The position numbers were made by a program, and so were the translations under genes. A model generated the notes under the pieces. The model was not told the DNA's origin. It worked only from the letters and a program-made list of their open reading frames with translations, and searched no databases. 64,000 bases of DNA from the IMG/VR virus record IMGVR_UViG_3300042914_002215; one strand, 5' to 3'. Every line of letters begins with the position of its first letter. Position 1 is the first letter of the stretch. The stretch is from a virus. Below are positions 19,421-30,148 of the stretch, one piece after another.

Positions 19421-19725
19421 GTGATATAAGATGTTTTACATTTAAAACACACCAAACTATTATTGGTGAAGTAGTGAGTCAAGGTGATGTGGGTTTTTCA
19501 ATTAAAAATCCAGTTCAAGTAATTTCTGTGCCACCACGTTCAGCAAATGATCCTGGTGGTGTTGGATTTGCTCCTTATCTTGCTTTCGTTGAAGAGTTTG
19601 ATAAAGGCATTGCTTTGAAATGGACAGATATTCTCACAAACAATACACCTGTTCCTGATCTATTGGAACAATATCGTAGAATGTTTAGCCGTATTGAACT
19701 AGCACCAGCAGGACTAAAACTTTAA
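19417..19725 (+). CDS. Hypothetical protein (Sm-like small T4-type protein preceding gp43)
   Basis: Translationally coupled ORF. Confidence 0.6.
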   Translation: MSDIRCFTFKTHQTIIGEVVSQGDVGFSIKNPVQVISVPPRSANDPGGVGFAPYLAFVEEFDKGIALKWTDILTNNTPVPDLLEQYRRMFSRIELAPAGLKL

Positions 19726-22256
19726 TGTCAAAATACTATACAAACGTATGTGTTCACAGTAATCATATATTGTTTCGTGGTGTAACAAACGGTCGGAGAG
19801 TAAAGAGCAAAGTCAAATACTCTCCGACTTTGTTTTTACAGTCTAACAAACAATCACAATGGCGTTCATTGTTTAACGACCCATTGGAACCTATGAAATT
19901 TGAAACTATTCGGGAGGCACGTGATTTTGTCAAACGTTATGAAGAAGTTGCAAACTTTAAAATCTATGGTAATACACGCTATGAATACGCATTCATTGCT
20001 GACACTTTTAGAGGCGTTATTGATTGGGACATTTCTCAGTTACATGTTGCTTTCATAGACATTGAGGTTGGTTCAGAGAATGGCTTTCCTAATCCATATA
20101 AAGCAACTGAACCTATCACTGCAATTGGTATTCACAGACTGGGTGGTAAAACTAAAGTCTATGGATGTGGATCATATCGCAACAATGATGAGAATGTAGA
20201 TTATGTTACTTGCAAAGATGAAATCGACTTGTGTGAACGTTTCCTTGCTGATTGGACAAGCGATCACCCTGACGTTGTTACTGGTTGGAATATCAAGTTC
20301 TTTGATGTACCTTACCTTGTCAATCGTATTACACGTATACTTGGCGAAGATGACGTAAAGAAAATGTCACCTTGGGAAATAATCTCTCAACGTGACACCG
20401 TGTTCAAAGGCAAAGAACAAACAGTTTATGATATTGTGGGTGTGTCTGCACTTGACTATCTTGAATTGTATCAGTGGTATGCGCCCGGTGGCAGAAACAT
20501 TGAAAACTATCGTCTTGATACGGTCGCAAACGTAGAACTTGGTGAAAGCAAGTTGTCATATGATGAGTATGACAGCCTTCATCAATTATACAAACTTGAC
20601 TATCAAAAGTTCATTGACTATAACATCAAAGATGTAAAACTGGTTCTGAGACTTGAAGATAAGTTGAAGTTGATTGAACTAGCACTGACTCTTGCGTATG
20701 ATACCAAGACAAATTATGATGATGTTTTTGCACAGACAAGAATGTGGGACGCACTGATCTACAACTATCTGCTAGAAAGAAATGTTGTTGTACCTCCACG
20801 CCGTATTGCGAAAAAGAATGAAGCGTTTGAGGGTGCATATGTCAAAGAGCCACAGATTGGTATGCACGATTGGGTTGCATCATTTGACTTGAACAGTCTG
20901 TATCCACATTTGATTATGCAATACAATATTTCGCCAGAAACACTTGTTGAGACACGTGATTATACTGATGAAATGCGTGATCTTGCAGTGAAAGCATCCG
21001 TTGAAAGTTTACTGAATAAAGAACTAAACACTAGTAAACTTGAAAAGGTCACAATCACACCAAATGGACAGTTCTTCCGCACAGACAAGCAAGGCTTTCT
21101 GCCAGCCATGATGGTCGATATGTATGAAGATCGTAAGAAGTTCAAGAAGTTGATGATTCAATCACAGAAAGATTACGAAAAAGAAACAAATGAATCTAAA
21201 AGAAAAGAAATTGAAAAGCTGATTGCAAGATATAACAATCTTCAACTTGCCAAGAAAGTTTCACTAAACTCAGCCTACGGCGCAATGGGCTCTCAGTATT
21301 TCAGGTTTTATGATTTGCGTCAAGCACTTGCTATTACTCAAGCTGGTCAATTATCCATTCGTTGGATTGAAAACAAACTCAACGAATATTTGAATAAAAT
21401 CCTAAAATCTAATACTGACTATGTTATTGCTTCGGATACAGATTCTATCTATCTCAATCTTGGTCCATTGGTTAATTCTGTGTATGAGAAAAAACCATCA
21501 ACTGAGAAAGTTATCGCCTTCATGGACAAAATCTGTGAGGAGAAGATTCAACCATATATCGATCAGAGTTATCAGGAACTTGCTGAATATGTTCATGCGT
21601 TCGACCAAAAAATGCAAATGAAACGTGAAGGCTTGTCCGATAAAGGTATCTGGACTGCAAAGAAACGATATATTCTGAATGTGTATAACAATGAAGGTGT
21701 TCAGTATGCCAAGCCAAAACTCAAAGTCATGGGTCTTGAAATGGTCAAGTCATCAACACCTACTGTTGTACGTGACAAGATGTATGAATTGGTAGATTTG
21801 GTTGTAAACACAGATGAACAAACCGTTCAAAAGTTTATTGCCGATTTCAAACAAGAGTTTATGAAACTACCTGTTGAAGATATATCTTTTCCACGTGGAC
21901 TCAATGGTTTGAAAGATTATTCTGATTCCAAAACAATATATAAAAAGGGAACACCTATTCATGTCAAGGGTGCTATACTTTACAATCACTTCCTAAAAGA
22001 GTATAATATAACTAATAAGTATCCTCTTTTGCAAGAAGGTGAGAAACTAAAGTTTACCTATCTAAAAACGCCAAATCATTTCAAAGATACAGTAATCTCA
22101 TTTCCAATGAGATTGCCTAAAGAGTTTGATTTGCAGCCCTTTATTGATTATGAAACACAATTTGAAAAGACTTTCATTGATCCAATTCAAATCATTCTAA
22201 CATGCATTGGTTGGAACACTGAGAAAAAATCTACACTAGAAGATTTCTTCGGATGA
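19725..22256 (+). CDS. gp43: Family B DNA polymerase
   Basis: DIEV exonuclease motif, SFDLNSLYPH, KVSLNSAYG and ASDTDS; C-terminal LEDFF clamp-binding motif. Confidence 0.97.
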   Translation: MSKYYTNVCVHSNHILFRGVTNGRRVKSKVKYSPTLFLQSNKQSQWRSLFNDPLEPMKFETIREARDFVKRYEEVANFKIYGNTRYEYAFIADTFRGVIDWDISQLHVAFIDIEVGSENGFPNPYKATEPITAIGIHRLGGKTKVYGCGSYRNNDENVDYVTCKDEIDLCERFLADWTSDHPDVVTGWNIKFFDVPYLVNRITRILGEDDVKKMSPWEIISQRDTVFKGKEQTVYDIVGVSALDYLELYQWYAPGGRNIENYRLDTVANVELGESKLSYDEYDSLHQLYKLDYQKFIDYNIKDVKLVLRLEDKLKLIELALTLAYDTKTNYDDVFAQTRMWDALIYNYLLERNVVVPPRRIAKKNEAFEGAYVKEPQIGMHDWVASFDLNSLYPHLIMQYNISPETLVETRDYTDEMRDLAVKASVESLLNKELNTSKLEKVTITPNGQFFRTDKQGFLPAMMVDMYEDRKKFKKLMIQSQKDYEKETNESKRKEIEKLIARYNNLQLAKKVSLNSAYGAMGSQYFRFYDLRQALAITQAGQLSIRWIENKLNEYLNKILKSNTDYVIASDTDSIYLNLGPLVNSVYEKKPSTEKVIAFMDKICEEKIQPYIDQSYQELAEYVHAFDQKMQMKREGLSDKGIWTAKKRYILNVYNNEGVQYAKPKLKVMGLEMVKSSTPTVVRDKMYELVDLVVNTDEQTVQKFIADFKQEFMKLPVEDISFPRGLNGLKDYSDSKTIYKKGTPIHVKGAILYNHFLKEYNITNKYPLLQEGEKLKFTYLKTPNHFKDTVISFPMRLPKEFDLQPFIDYETQFEKTFIDPIQIILTCIGWNTEKKSTLEDFFG

Positions 22257-23164
22257 TACATGTAATATTGCCATTTTTGACTGCCATTGCTTTATCGGGT
22301 ATTGCTGCATATTACTCGGTGATTGGTCTTGCACAGATATTTCCAGGTTCATACTGGCCCATCATCATCATGGGTTCTGTGCTTGAAGCAGCAAAATTGG
22401 TAACTGTATCGTGGGTATATAATCATTGGAAGTCAACATTCTCTGCACTCAAACTTTATTTTCTCATTGCTGTAGTGCTGTTGATGGGCATCACTTCAAT
22501 GGGAATCTTTGGTTATCTTTCAAAGGCACACATTGAACATTCAAGCACTGTAGCACCACAAGTAGCAAAGGTAGAAATCTATGAGGAAAAGATCAAAGTT
22601 ATTCAATCGCAGATTGAGAGGAACAACAAGAATCTTAGTCAGTATGATGAGGCTGTCGATCAAGTTATGGTCAGGTCGAAGGATGAGAAAGGTGCCGAAA
22701 AGGCGAACCAAATACGTAAAGCCCAACAGAAAGACCGTGAGAGAATCATTGCAGAGACTAAGAGGCTACAAAAAGAGATACAGTTACTCACGGAAGAAAA
22801 ACTTCCTCTATCCTTGGAAGTTCGCAAGGCTGAGTCGGATTTGGGGCCTATAAAATATGTTGCTGAAGTTGTATATGGCACACATGATCGTGACTTGATT
22901 GATAAAGCAGTTCGTTTGGTAATCTTTGTCATCATTGTGGTATTTGATCCGTTGGCAGTATTGTTGTTGATAGCAGCCAATCAAACATACCGCAGAATCA
23001 AAGAAGAGAAAGATGAACCTGAGCCAGTCAAAAAGGTAGCAAAGAAGAAAAAGATTGACACACCACCAACAAATAGTTTAGAATCATTCTTTAGTGATGA
23101 TAAACACACAGTAATACCAAAAGACAAAATCGCAAATATTGGAGAAATTGATGAGCGTACTTGA
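22253..23164 (+). CDS. Membrane protein with a coiled-coil domain
   Basis: Three N-terminal TM segments, a coiled coil, and a fourth TM segment (IVVFDPLAVLLLIA). Confidence 0.7.
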   Translation: MIHVILPFLTAIALSGIAAYYSVIGLAQIFPGSYWPIIIMGSVLEAAKLVTVSWVYNHWKSTFSALKLYFLIAVVLLMGITSMGIFGYLSKAHIEHSSTVAPQVAKVEIYEEKIKVIQSQIERNNKNLSQYDEAVDQVMVRSKDEKGAEKANQIRKAQQKDRERIIAETKRLQKEIQLLTEEKLPLSLEVRKAESDLGPIKYVAEVVYGTHDRDLIDKAVRLVIFVIIVVFDPLAVLLLIAANQTYRRIKEEKDEPEPVKKVAKKKKIDTPPTNSLESFFSDDKHTVIPKDKIANIGEIDERT

Positions 23165-24212
23165 TAAACTGAAGAAAGCATCAACGATCAAAGAAACATC
23201 GGTGCTTTCTAAATCTAAGTTCTTTACAGAGAAAGACATGATTCAAACTGATGTGCCAATTGTGAATGTGGCACTATCAGGCAATCTTGATGGTGGTCTG
23301 ACACCAGGATTGACGATGTTTGCGGGTCCATCGAAACACTTCAAAACCGCCTTTGCACTTTTGATGGCAAAATCATACATGAACAAGTATGATGATGCAG
23401 TTGTTTTGTTTTATGATTCAGAGTTTGGCACACCACAATCATACTTTGATGCTTTTGGTATTGATACTGAGCGTGTTCTACATACACCTATCACAGATGT
23501 TGAACAATTGAAACATGATATCATGAATCAATTACAGAACATTGAAAAGACTGATAAAGTAATTATCATTCTTGACTCTATTGGTAATCTTGCATCAAAG
23601 AAAGAAGTTGAAGATTCAATTGAAGGCAAATCTGTTGCTGATATGAGCCGAGCAAAACAGATGAAGTCTTTGTTTCGTATGGTGACGCCACATCTGACAA
23701 TCAAAGATATTCCTATGGTTGTTGTCAATCACACATACAAAGAGATTGGTTTGTATCCTAAAGATATTGTTGGTGGTGGCACAGGCTCATATTATTCAGC
23801 AGATACAATCTGGATTCTAGGTCGTCAACAAGACAAAGATGGTACAGAGATTGTCGGCTACAACTTCATCATCAATGTAGAAAAGAGTAGATATGTCAGA
23901 GAAAAATCCAAAATACCTGTTACTGTATCTTTTGACGGTGGTATCAACAAGTGGTCTGGTTTATTGGATATTGCACTCGAAGGCAATTTCGTCACTAAGC
24001 CAAGCAATGGTTGGTATGCCAAAGTAGATCAAGAAACTGGTGAAGTTCTTGAAAAGAAACGCTTTGCTGATACACAGACAGAAGAATTCTGGAAAGATAT
24101 TCTTGCTGATGAACGTTTCAAAGAGTTTGTAAGGAAAAAATATGAAATCACTTATAGCAGCATTATGGGACAAGATGTCGTTCAGGAAGAAGAAGTTGAA
24201 ATATCAGATTAA
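23151..24212 (+). CDS. uvsX: RecA-like recombinase
   Basis: AGPSKHFKT, FYDSEFG, DSIGNLASKKE and GGTG motifs. Confidence 0.96.
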   Translation: MSVLDKLKKASTIKETSVLSKSKFFTEKDMIQTDVPIVNVALSGNLDGGLTPGLTMFAGPSKHFKTAFALLMAKSYMNKYDDAVVLFYDSEFGTPQSYFDAFGIDTERVLHTPITDVEQLKHDIMNQLQNIEKTDKVIIILDSIGNLASKKEVEDSIEGKSVADMSRAKQMKSLFRMVTPHLTIKDIPMVVVNHTYKEIGLYPKDIVGGGTGSYYSADTIWILGRQQDKDGTEIVGYNFIINVEKSRYVREKSKIPVTVSFDGGINKWSGLLDIALEGNFVTKPSNGWYAKVDQETGEVLEKKRFADTQTEEFWKDILADERFKEFVRKKYEITYSSIMGQDVVQEEEVEISD

Positions 24213-24507
24213 CGAAGATTTTCAATTTCTTCCATCTGATGATGACAAGATAACTGGCATCGGCATACTGAAAGGAAAGTATGCTGGTGTTCTTTATCAT
24301 TATGGCAAAGCAAGAGTGATAGAAGAGGGTGATTTTGCAAGATTAACTTTTGACTATACTATCATTCACACACCCACATTCACCGTTCATGAGTTGCAAA
24401 CTGATGAAGAATTTCATACAATGATAGGTGATATACTAACTGAAATACTCATGGAACAATCCGATGAAAAGACTCGAAACAATTATTCTGAAGAACTTGA
24501 TATTTAA
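24142..24507 (+). CDS. Hypothetical protein at the position of T4 gene 40
   Basis: ORF overlapping the end of uvsX and the start of gp41. Confidence 0.55.
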   Translation: MKSLIAALWDKMSFRKKKLKYQINEDFQFLPSDDDKITGIGILKGKYAGVLYHYGKARVIEEGDFARLTFDYTIIHTPTFTVHELQTDEEFHTMIGDILTEILMEQSDEKTRNNYSEELDI

Positions 24508-25867
24508 TGAAGAATATGCACGAAAAATTATTCCGTTTCTGAAAAACGAATACTTCTCAGATACCACAGAGAAAAATCTTTTTGAGGAAATTAATAGTCA
24601 CATCCACCAATTCAAACATCTTCCAACATACGAATCACTTGTAATAAACTTTACTGAATCACGTAAACTGACAGAAGAGCAGGTCAGAAATGCTGTTGAA
24701 ATGATTCGTGAAATCAACGCAGACAAAAATGATCCAACTGACGTAGACTGGCTCATCAAGCAAACTGAAAAGTTTTGCCAAGACAAAGCAATCTACAATG
24801 CCATCATGAAGTCTGTTAAGATTCTTGATGAAAGAGAAAACAAAGAAGATAAGGGTGTAATTCCAAAGTTGTTGAGTGATGCACTTGGTGTGTCATTTGA
24901 CAGGTCTGTCGGTCATGATTATATTGATGACTCAGACAACCGATTTGAATTCTATCATCGTCACGAAACAAAGATACCATTTGATCTTGACCTATTCAAC
25001 AAGATTACAAAAGGCGGTCTGCCAAAGAAAACACTAAACATTGCACTTGCTGGTACTGGTGTTGGTAAGTCACTGTTCATGTGTCATGTTGCCGGTTCTT
25101 GTCTTGCACAAGGTCTGAATGTGTTGTACATCACGATGGAAATGGCAGAAGAACGAATTGCCGAACGTATTGATGCCAATCTATTGAATATTGATATTGC
25201 AGACTTGAACTCTATCAGTAAACAAGACTATGATCGAAAGTTCTCCGCACTCAAAGTAAAGACGCATGGTAAACTGATCATCAAAGAATATCCAACAGCA
25301 GCAGCATCAGCACTCCACTTCAGAGCATTGTTAAACGAATTGCAACTAAAGAAAAGTTTTAAACCTGACATCATCTTTATTGACTATCTTAACATTTGTG
25401 CAAGTGCCAGAATCAAGCCTGGTGCTAACGTAAACAGTTATTCTTATATCAAGGCTATTGCCGAAGAATTGAGAGGTCTGGCCGTTGAGTTTGATGTTCC
25501 GATAGTCTCTGCTACTCAGACTACCAGAAGCGGCTTCACCAGCTCGGATCCAGGTTTGGAAGATACGTCAGAGTCGTTTGGTCTGCCAGCCACAGCAGAT
25601 TTTATGTTTGCTTTGATAAGCACAGAAGAGTTGCAACAATTGAATCAGATAATGATCAAACAACTCAAAAATCGTTACAATGATCCAAATTATTTCAAAC
25701 GATTCGTTGTGGGTATTGACAGAGCCAAGATGAAATTGTATGATGTTGAACAGGGAGCACAAGATGATCTGGTAGATGCAGGTCAAGTGCCACCAGACAA
25801 GCCTTTGAATACCTTCGGTGAACGTGAAAGACAGTCGGGTAATAAGTTCGGAGGCTTCAAAGTATAA
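24464..25867 (+). CDS. gp41: Replicative DnaB-like helicase
   Basis: LAGTGVGKS, ITMEMAE, IDYLNI, SATQTTR and KQLKNRY motifs. Confidence 0.96.
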   Translation: MKRLETIILKNLIFNEEYARKIIPFLKNEYFSDTTEKNLFEEINSHIHQFKHLPTYESLVINFTESRKLTEEQVRNAVEMIREINADKNDPTDVDWLIKQTEKFCQDKAIYNAIMKSVKILDERENKEDKGVIPKLLSDALGVSFDRSVGHDYIDDSDNRFEFYHRHETKIPFDLDLFNKITKGGLPKKTLNIALAGTGVGKSLFMCHVAGSCLAQGLNVLYITMEMAEERIAERIDANLLNIDIADLNSISKQDYDRKFSALKVKTHGKLIIKEYPTAAASALHFRALLNELQLKKSFKPDIIFIDYLNICASARIKPGANVNSYSYIKAIAEELRGLAVEFDVPIVSATQTTRSGFTSSDPGLEDTSESFGLPATADFMFALISTEELQQLNQIMIKQLKNRYNDPNYFKRFVVGIDRAKMKLYDVEQGAQDDLVDAGQVPPDKPLNTFGERERQSGNKFGGFKV

Positions 25868-25894
25868 ATACTCTAATAACTTGGAGGATTTATG
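25863..25894 (+). promoter_or_regulatory. T4 late promoter with an RBS/AUG-sequestering hairpin
   Basis: TATAAATA at 25863; TATAAATACTCTAA pairs with TTGGAGGATTTATG (13/14 pairs, TAAC loop). Confidence 0.8.
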
Positions 25895-26644
25895 GCTGCA
25901 CAACAGGGATTTCAGTATGAAAAAAATGCAGCAGCAGAGCTGAAAAAATTTGGTCTTGTTCCCAAAAGTTTCGTGCCAGCCGGTGCGGGTCATGATCAGC
26001 CCGACTTGTTACTAGAGTATAAGAAAAAAAAATCTGGTTGTGAGTTGAAGATTACTGCCGCATCTGCTGGTTCTCTTGTCATGAAGTATGATATAAACGA
26101 TAAGAAAAATCCATGGAAATTTGGTGATATCAAAGCAGATGATGATGAAAAATTATTCATTCGTGATCTAGCATATGAAGTTGGACTTTTTGATATAATC
26201 AAAAAACAATGGAAAGATGTGCCATATAAAAGAGATAAAGATGCTAAGTGGGAAGCAACAGCAGGTAAACTAACACCACAGCAACGATATGAACGTGATA
26301 GAGATACCTTCAAAGATATTCGTGGAGAAATATCAGCAACGAAAATTGAAGAATATTATAACAAAAAAGATACGTATTACGTGAATGTTGGTACTCACGG
26401 ATTTTATTTGATGGGTATCAAAAATCCACTAAAACTCAAAGACGTGCCGATGTTTGGTAAGTCAGCAAAGGCAACATATCGTGCAAGAGTACAATACAAA
26501 GGCAGTGGCAATTATCAATTTACTTTTGAGATGCAGTTCTCAATACCAGCAAATAAAAAATCACCATTCAATATAGCGCCAGTAAGTGGCAAGAATGTAA
26601 ACATAATAAAAAAAGAAATCAATCTAAGCTGTTTCGACATATGA
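25892..26644 (+). CDS. Putative PD-(D/E)xK-family nuclease
   Basis: G-x-x-YE…PDL…ELK pattern; late-only regulatory hairpin upstream. Confidence 0.5.
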   Translation: MAAQQGFQYEKNAAAELKKFGLVPKSFVPAGAGHDQPDLLLEYKKKKSGCELKITAASAGSLVMKYDINDKKNPWKFGDIKADDDEKLFIRDLAYEVGLFDIIKKQWKDVPYKRDKDAKWEATAGKLTPQQRYERDRDTFKDIRGEISATKIEEYYNKKDTYYVNVGTHGFYLMGIKNPLKLKDVPMFGKSAKATYRARVQYKGSGNYQFTFEMQFSIPANKKSPFNIAPVSGKNVNIIKKEINLSCFDI

Positions 26645-27864
26645 AATTCATGGACTATCTAAAAGAGAGTAAAGAGGGCAAGAATGTTCATTTAGAACAT
26701 CTTGAGGATAATGTATTAAACAATGGAGTTACAGGTGCACGTGAAGCAATAGATTTTCTGCGTTCTTTACGTAACATGCTTGCAGGTCACACAGGCACAA
26801 AAATGAATGTGACTACAAAATGGGATGGTGCACCGGCAATCTTTGCTGGCACAAATCCAGAGAATGGTAAGTTTTTTGTTGGTACTAAATCAGTGTTTGC
26901 AAAAAATGCAAAATTGAATTATACTGATGAAGATATTGATGAAAATCATCCGAGTGAAGGACTCAATCAAAAACTAAAACTTGCATTAGCATTCTTACCT
27001 AAGTTAGGTATCAAAGGTGTTCTGCAAGGTGATATGATGTTCTCTAAAGGAGATATCAAGCATGAGACAATCGATGGAGAAGATTATATCATCTTTCAAC
27101 CAAATACAATCGTATATGCAGTCCCAACAAAATCAAAGTTGGCACAAGCAATGCTTGCTGCACAAATTGGCGTGGTATTCCATACATCATACTCTGGTAA
27201 AACACTTGAGACAATGAAAGCGTCATTTAACATTGATATTGGTCACTTGAAAACTACCAAAGATGTTTGGTTTCGTGATGCATCATTCACTGACGCATCT
27301 GGTTCAGCTACATTCACCGAAGAAGAAACGGCCGAAATCACATCAATTCTTTCACAAGCAGGTCGTGTATTTCAAACAATACCTGCACTGACATTGAATC
27401 GTGTTGCTGCATCTGATGTGTTTCTGACACAAATTAAAACGTTCAATAATACCAAAGTTCGTGAAGGTAAAAAGATTGCAGACACCAGAATTCATACACA
27501 AGAACTGATAAACTGGGTTGAAGCAAAACTAAACAAAGAAGTATTAGCCGCAAAGAAAGAAGATACAAAACAGAAACGTATCAAAGAGAAAAATGAAGTC
27601 ATGCGTTTTTATCGTTCAAATGCAATCTATCTAAAACAAATATTTGATTTGATGAATCTGATTGTTGATGCCAAGTTGATGATTATCCGTAAACTTGAAA
27701 CAATTAGGAGCATCGGCACGTTTGTACGTACCGATGACGGTTTTCGTATTACGGCTCCCGAAGGGTTTGTTGCCGTTGATCACTTAGGCAAAGCATTGAA
27801 ACTGGTAGATAGATTAGAATTCAGTCACAAAAACTTTACAGCACAGAAAGCGTGGGACAAATGA
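26641..27864 (+). CDS. ATP-dependent ligase-like nucleotidyltransferase with a capsid-targeting N-terminus
   Basis: KWDG (motif I), QGD (III), EGFV (IV), LKLVDR (V); N-terminus MKFMDYLKE. Confidence 0.6.
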   Translation: MKFMDYLKESKEGKNVHLEHLEDNVLNNGVTGAREAIDFLRSLRNMLAGHTGTKMNVTTKWDGAPAIFAGTNPENGKFFVGTKSVFAKNAKLNYTDEDIDENHPSEGLNQKLKLALAFLPKLGIKGVLQGDMMFSKGDIKHETIDGEDYIIFQPNTIVYAVPTKSKLAQAMLAAQIGVVFHTSYSGKTLETMKASFNIDIGHLKTTKDVWFRDASFTDASGSATFTEEETAEITSILSQAGRVFQTIPALTLNRVAASDVFLTQIKTFNNTKVREGKKIADTRIHTQELINWVEAKLNKEVLAAKKEDTKQKRIKEKNEVMRFYRSNAIYLKQIFDLMNLIVDAKLMIIRKLETIRSIGTFVRTDDGFRITAPEGFVAVDHLGKALKLVDRLEFSHKNFTAQKAWDK

Positions 27865-28133
27865 GTTACGATATCAATAAGATTTTAGCAGAGTATGCAG
27901 ATGATGACTTTGGCTTCAGTGCAGTAGATGAAGTTGAATATGAAGCAGTCATTGCAGAAAAAGACGAAACTGTTGAAGAGTACAAAGAAAGACTTCAACA
28001 AGTAGAAAAGATTATCATGCCATTTCTGACCAATCTATACAAGACTGCCAGCCAGCCATACATTCATTGGCCTAATCGTGGTCCTATTATTGAGAAACAG
28101 ATGCAGAAAATTCTGACATTGACGAGGGGCTAA
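27861..28133 (+). CDS. Hypothetical protein
   Basis: DDFGFS…PFL-x-NL…YIHWPNR pattern; coupled ORF. Confidence 0.65.
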   Translation: MSYDINKILAEYADDDFGFSAVDEVEYEAVIAEKDETVEEYKERLQQVEKIIMPFLTNLYKTASQPYIHWPNRGPIIEKQMQKILTLTRG

Positions 28134-28453
28134 TGTTCAACATCACATCAACTGCTGCAAAGAAAATCAAATCAATAATTGATGAAGAAAACCCAGATTT
28201 GAAACTACGTGTGTTCGTACAGGGTGGTGGTTGCACAGGTTTTCAGTATGGCTTTACACTTGAAGAACAATCAGAAGCCGATGATCATGTGTTTGAACGT
28301 GATGGCATACAGGTTGTCATAGATAGTATTAGTATGCATTATGTGAATGATGCGGAAATTGATTATGAAGAATCATTGATGGGTTCACAATTCAAAATCA
28401 AAAATCCTAATGTAACTGCAACTTGCGGTTGTGGTTCATCATTTGCCGTATGA
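28133..28453 (+). CDS. erpA: A-type Fe-S cluster carrier (ErpA/IscA/HesB)
   Basis: [10 protein letters not shown]-x-GFQYGF…NPN…TCGCGSSF. Confidence 0.92.
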   Translation: MFNITSTAAKKIKSIIDEENPDLKLRVFVQGGGCTGFQYGFTLEEQSEADDHVFERDGIQVVIDSISMHYVNDAEIDYEESLMGSQFKIKNPNVTATCGCGSSFAV

Positions 28454-28623
28454 AAACATTCAAAGAATATCTAACAGAGAAACAAGAGTTTGTATCAAAG
28501 GCTGGTGCTGGTGAATGGGGTCGTCCAGAACTGAGAGATAAATATCTCACTGACACGCCAGGTCAAAGTACAAAACAATACAAAAAGTTTACAGGAAACT
28601 GGGCAACGACAGACAGAAAATAA
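28450..28623 (+). CDS. Small putative internal head protein
   Basis: N-terminus [10 protein letters not shown] resembles the T4 internal-protein capsid-targeting sequence. Confidence 0.6.
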   Translation: MKTFKEYLTEKQEFVSKAGAGEWGRPELRDKYLTDTPGQSTKQYKKFTGNWATTDRK

Positions 28624-28638
28624 ATTATTGGAGATATT

Positions 28639-29481
28639 ATGAAGGATTTGATAGTGGGTTGTGCGACCAATTATGATTGGTCAAAACTAAAATATTGGGT
28701 AAACTCAATCAACGCATCAGGATTTGAAGGTGATAAAGTCCTGATTCTTATGAACTGCGACAAAGATACCGTACAAAAAGTAACTGACGCAGGCTTCTCA
28801 ATCATAGCATTCAATCAAGATAAAGATGGTAATCTAACATATCAGTCACAACTGATGGTTCATGTTGAACGCTTCATTCACATTTATAAACTACTCAAAG
28901 ATAATCTTTATCGTTATGTTATTACAACAGATGTAAAAGATGTTATCTTTCAAAAGAATCCATCTGAGTGGTTGGAACAAAATCTAGTTAAAGAAGAACA
29001 TCTGGTATTTTCATCTGAGAGCATGAAATACAAAGATGAGCCGTGGGGACGTGAGAATCTAACACAGTGTTATGGTCAAAGCATCTACGAAGATTTCAAG
29101 AACAATACCATTTTCAATGTGGGTGTTCTTGCAGGTCGTGGTTATGCGATGAGAGATTTGGTATTACAATTATTCCTAAATTGTATCAATCGCCCAATTC
29201 CTATCGTTGATCAAGCGGTATTTAATGTAATGATTTCAAGACATCCTTATATTGAATCTTCAATGTATACCGCATCAGAAACAGGATGGGCATGTCAATT
29301 AGGTACAACGGCTGATCCAAGCAAGATTGATTCATTTAGACCACATCTATTAGAACCTTCACCGAAGATGGAAGGTGATAAAGTATTGACATCTACTGGA
29401 ATTGAGTATACAATAGTACATCAATATGATCGTGTACCAGAATGGAAGAAAGTGATTGAGGCAAAATATGACGACAAATAG
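28639..29481 (+). CDS. Glycosyltransferase-like protein
   Basis: ERF…TTDVKDVIFQ (DxxD), NVGVLAG, DQAVFN and HQYDR motifs. Confidence 0.6.
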   Translation: MKDLIVGCATNYDWSKLKYWVNSINASGFEGDKVLILMNCDKDTVQKVTDAGFSIIAFNQDKDGNLTYQSQLMVHVERFIHIYKLLKDNLYRYVITTDVKDVIFQKNPSEWLEQNLVKEEHLVFSSESMKYKDEPWGRENLTQCYGQSIYEDFKNNTIFNVGVLAGRGYAMRDLVLQLFLNCINRPIPIVDQAVFNVMISRHPYIESSMYTASETGWACQLGTTADPSKIDSFRPHLLEPSPKMEGDKVLTSTGIEYTIVHQYDRVPEWKKVIEAKYDDK

Positions 29482-30148
29482 AATAAAAGAACTGTTTTGG
29501 GAATTAGATAAACCATCTACAAAATGGTCAGGTTACTTTGATGTTTATGAACGACATCTGAAAAAGTTTGTGGGTAAAGCACCACGCATACTTGAAATTG
29601 GTGTGCTTGGCGGTGGTTCAATTGAACTATGGCTAAAGTATTTTGGACCAGGCACCTCTGTTGTTGCCGTTGATATCAATGAAGAGTGTTTGAAATATGA
29701 ATACAACGGTGATGTCAAAATTGTGATGGGTAATCAAGGTGATCCTGTATTTTGGGATGACTTTCTTGCGACACAAAACAAATTTGATATTGTCATTGAT
29801 GATGGTTCACATGTAATGAATCATCAGATTACAACACTTAACAAAGTATTTCCACACATCAAAGAGGGTGGAGTATTCATCTGTGAAGATACACACACAA
29901 GTTATTGGCCACAGCCATGGGGTGGTGTGTTCCGTGGTGCAGGTACATTCTTAGAGCATTCTAAACGTGTGACAGATATTCTCAATCAACAACACTTTCA
30001 GGGCGCACCGATTGCAGATGATGTTCTAAACACATATCATAATCTGCATTCAGTAGCATTTTACAATAGCATGGTTGTGATGGAAAAAGAAGAATTGAAA
30101 ACATTTGGTATCACAGACAATAAAGCAAACGTAGGAAGAGAACTATGA
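29468..30148 (+). CDS. Class I SAM-dependent (sugar O-)methyltransferase
   Basis: LEIGVLGGGS, VDI, DIVIDDGSH and GGVFICED motifs. Confidence 0.85.
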   Translation: MTTNRIKELFWELDKPSTKWSGYFDVYERHLKKFVGKAPRILEIGVLGGGSIELWLKYFGPGTSVVAVDINEECLKYEYNGDVKIVMGNQGDPVFWDDFLATQNKFDIVIDDGSHVMNHQITTLNKVFPHIKEGGVFICEDTHTSYWPQPWGGVFRGAGTFLEHSKRVTDILNQQHFQGAPIADDVLNTYHNLHSVAFYNSMVVMEKEELKTFGITDNKANVGREL

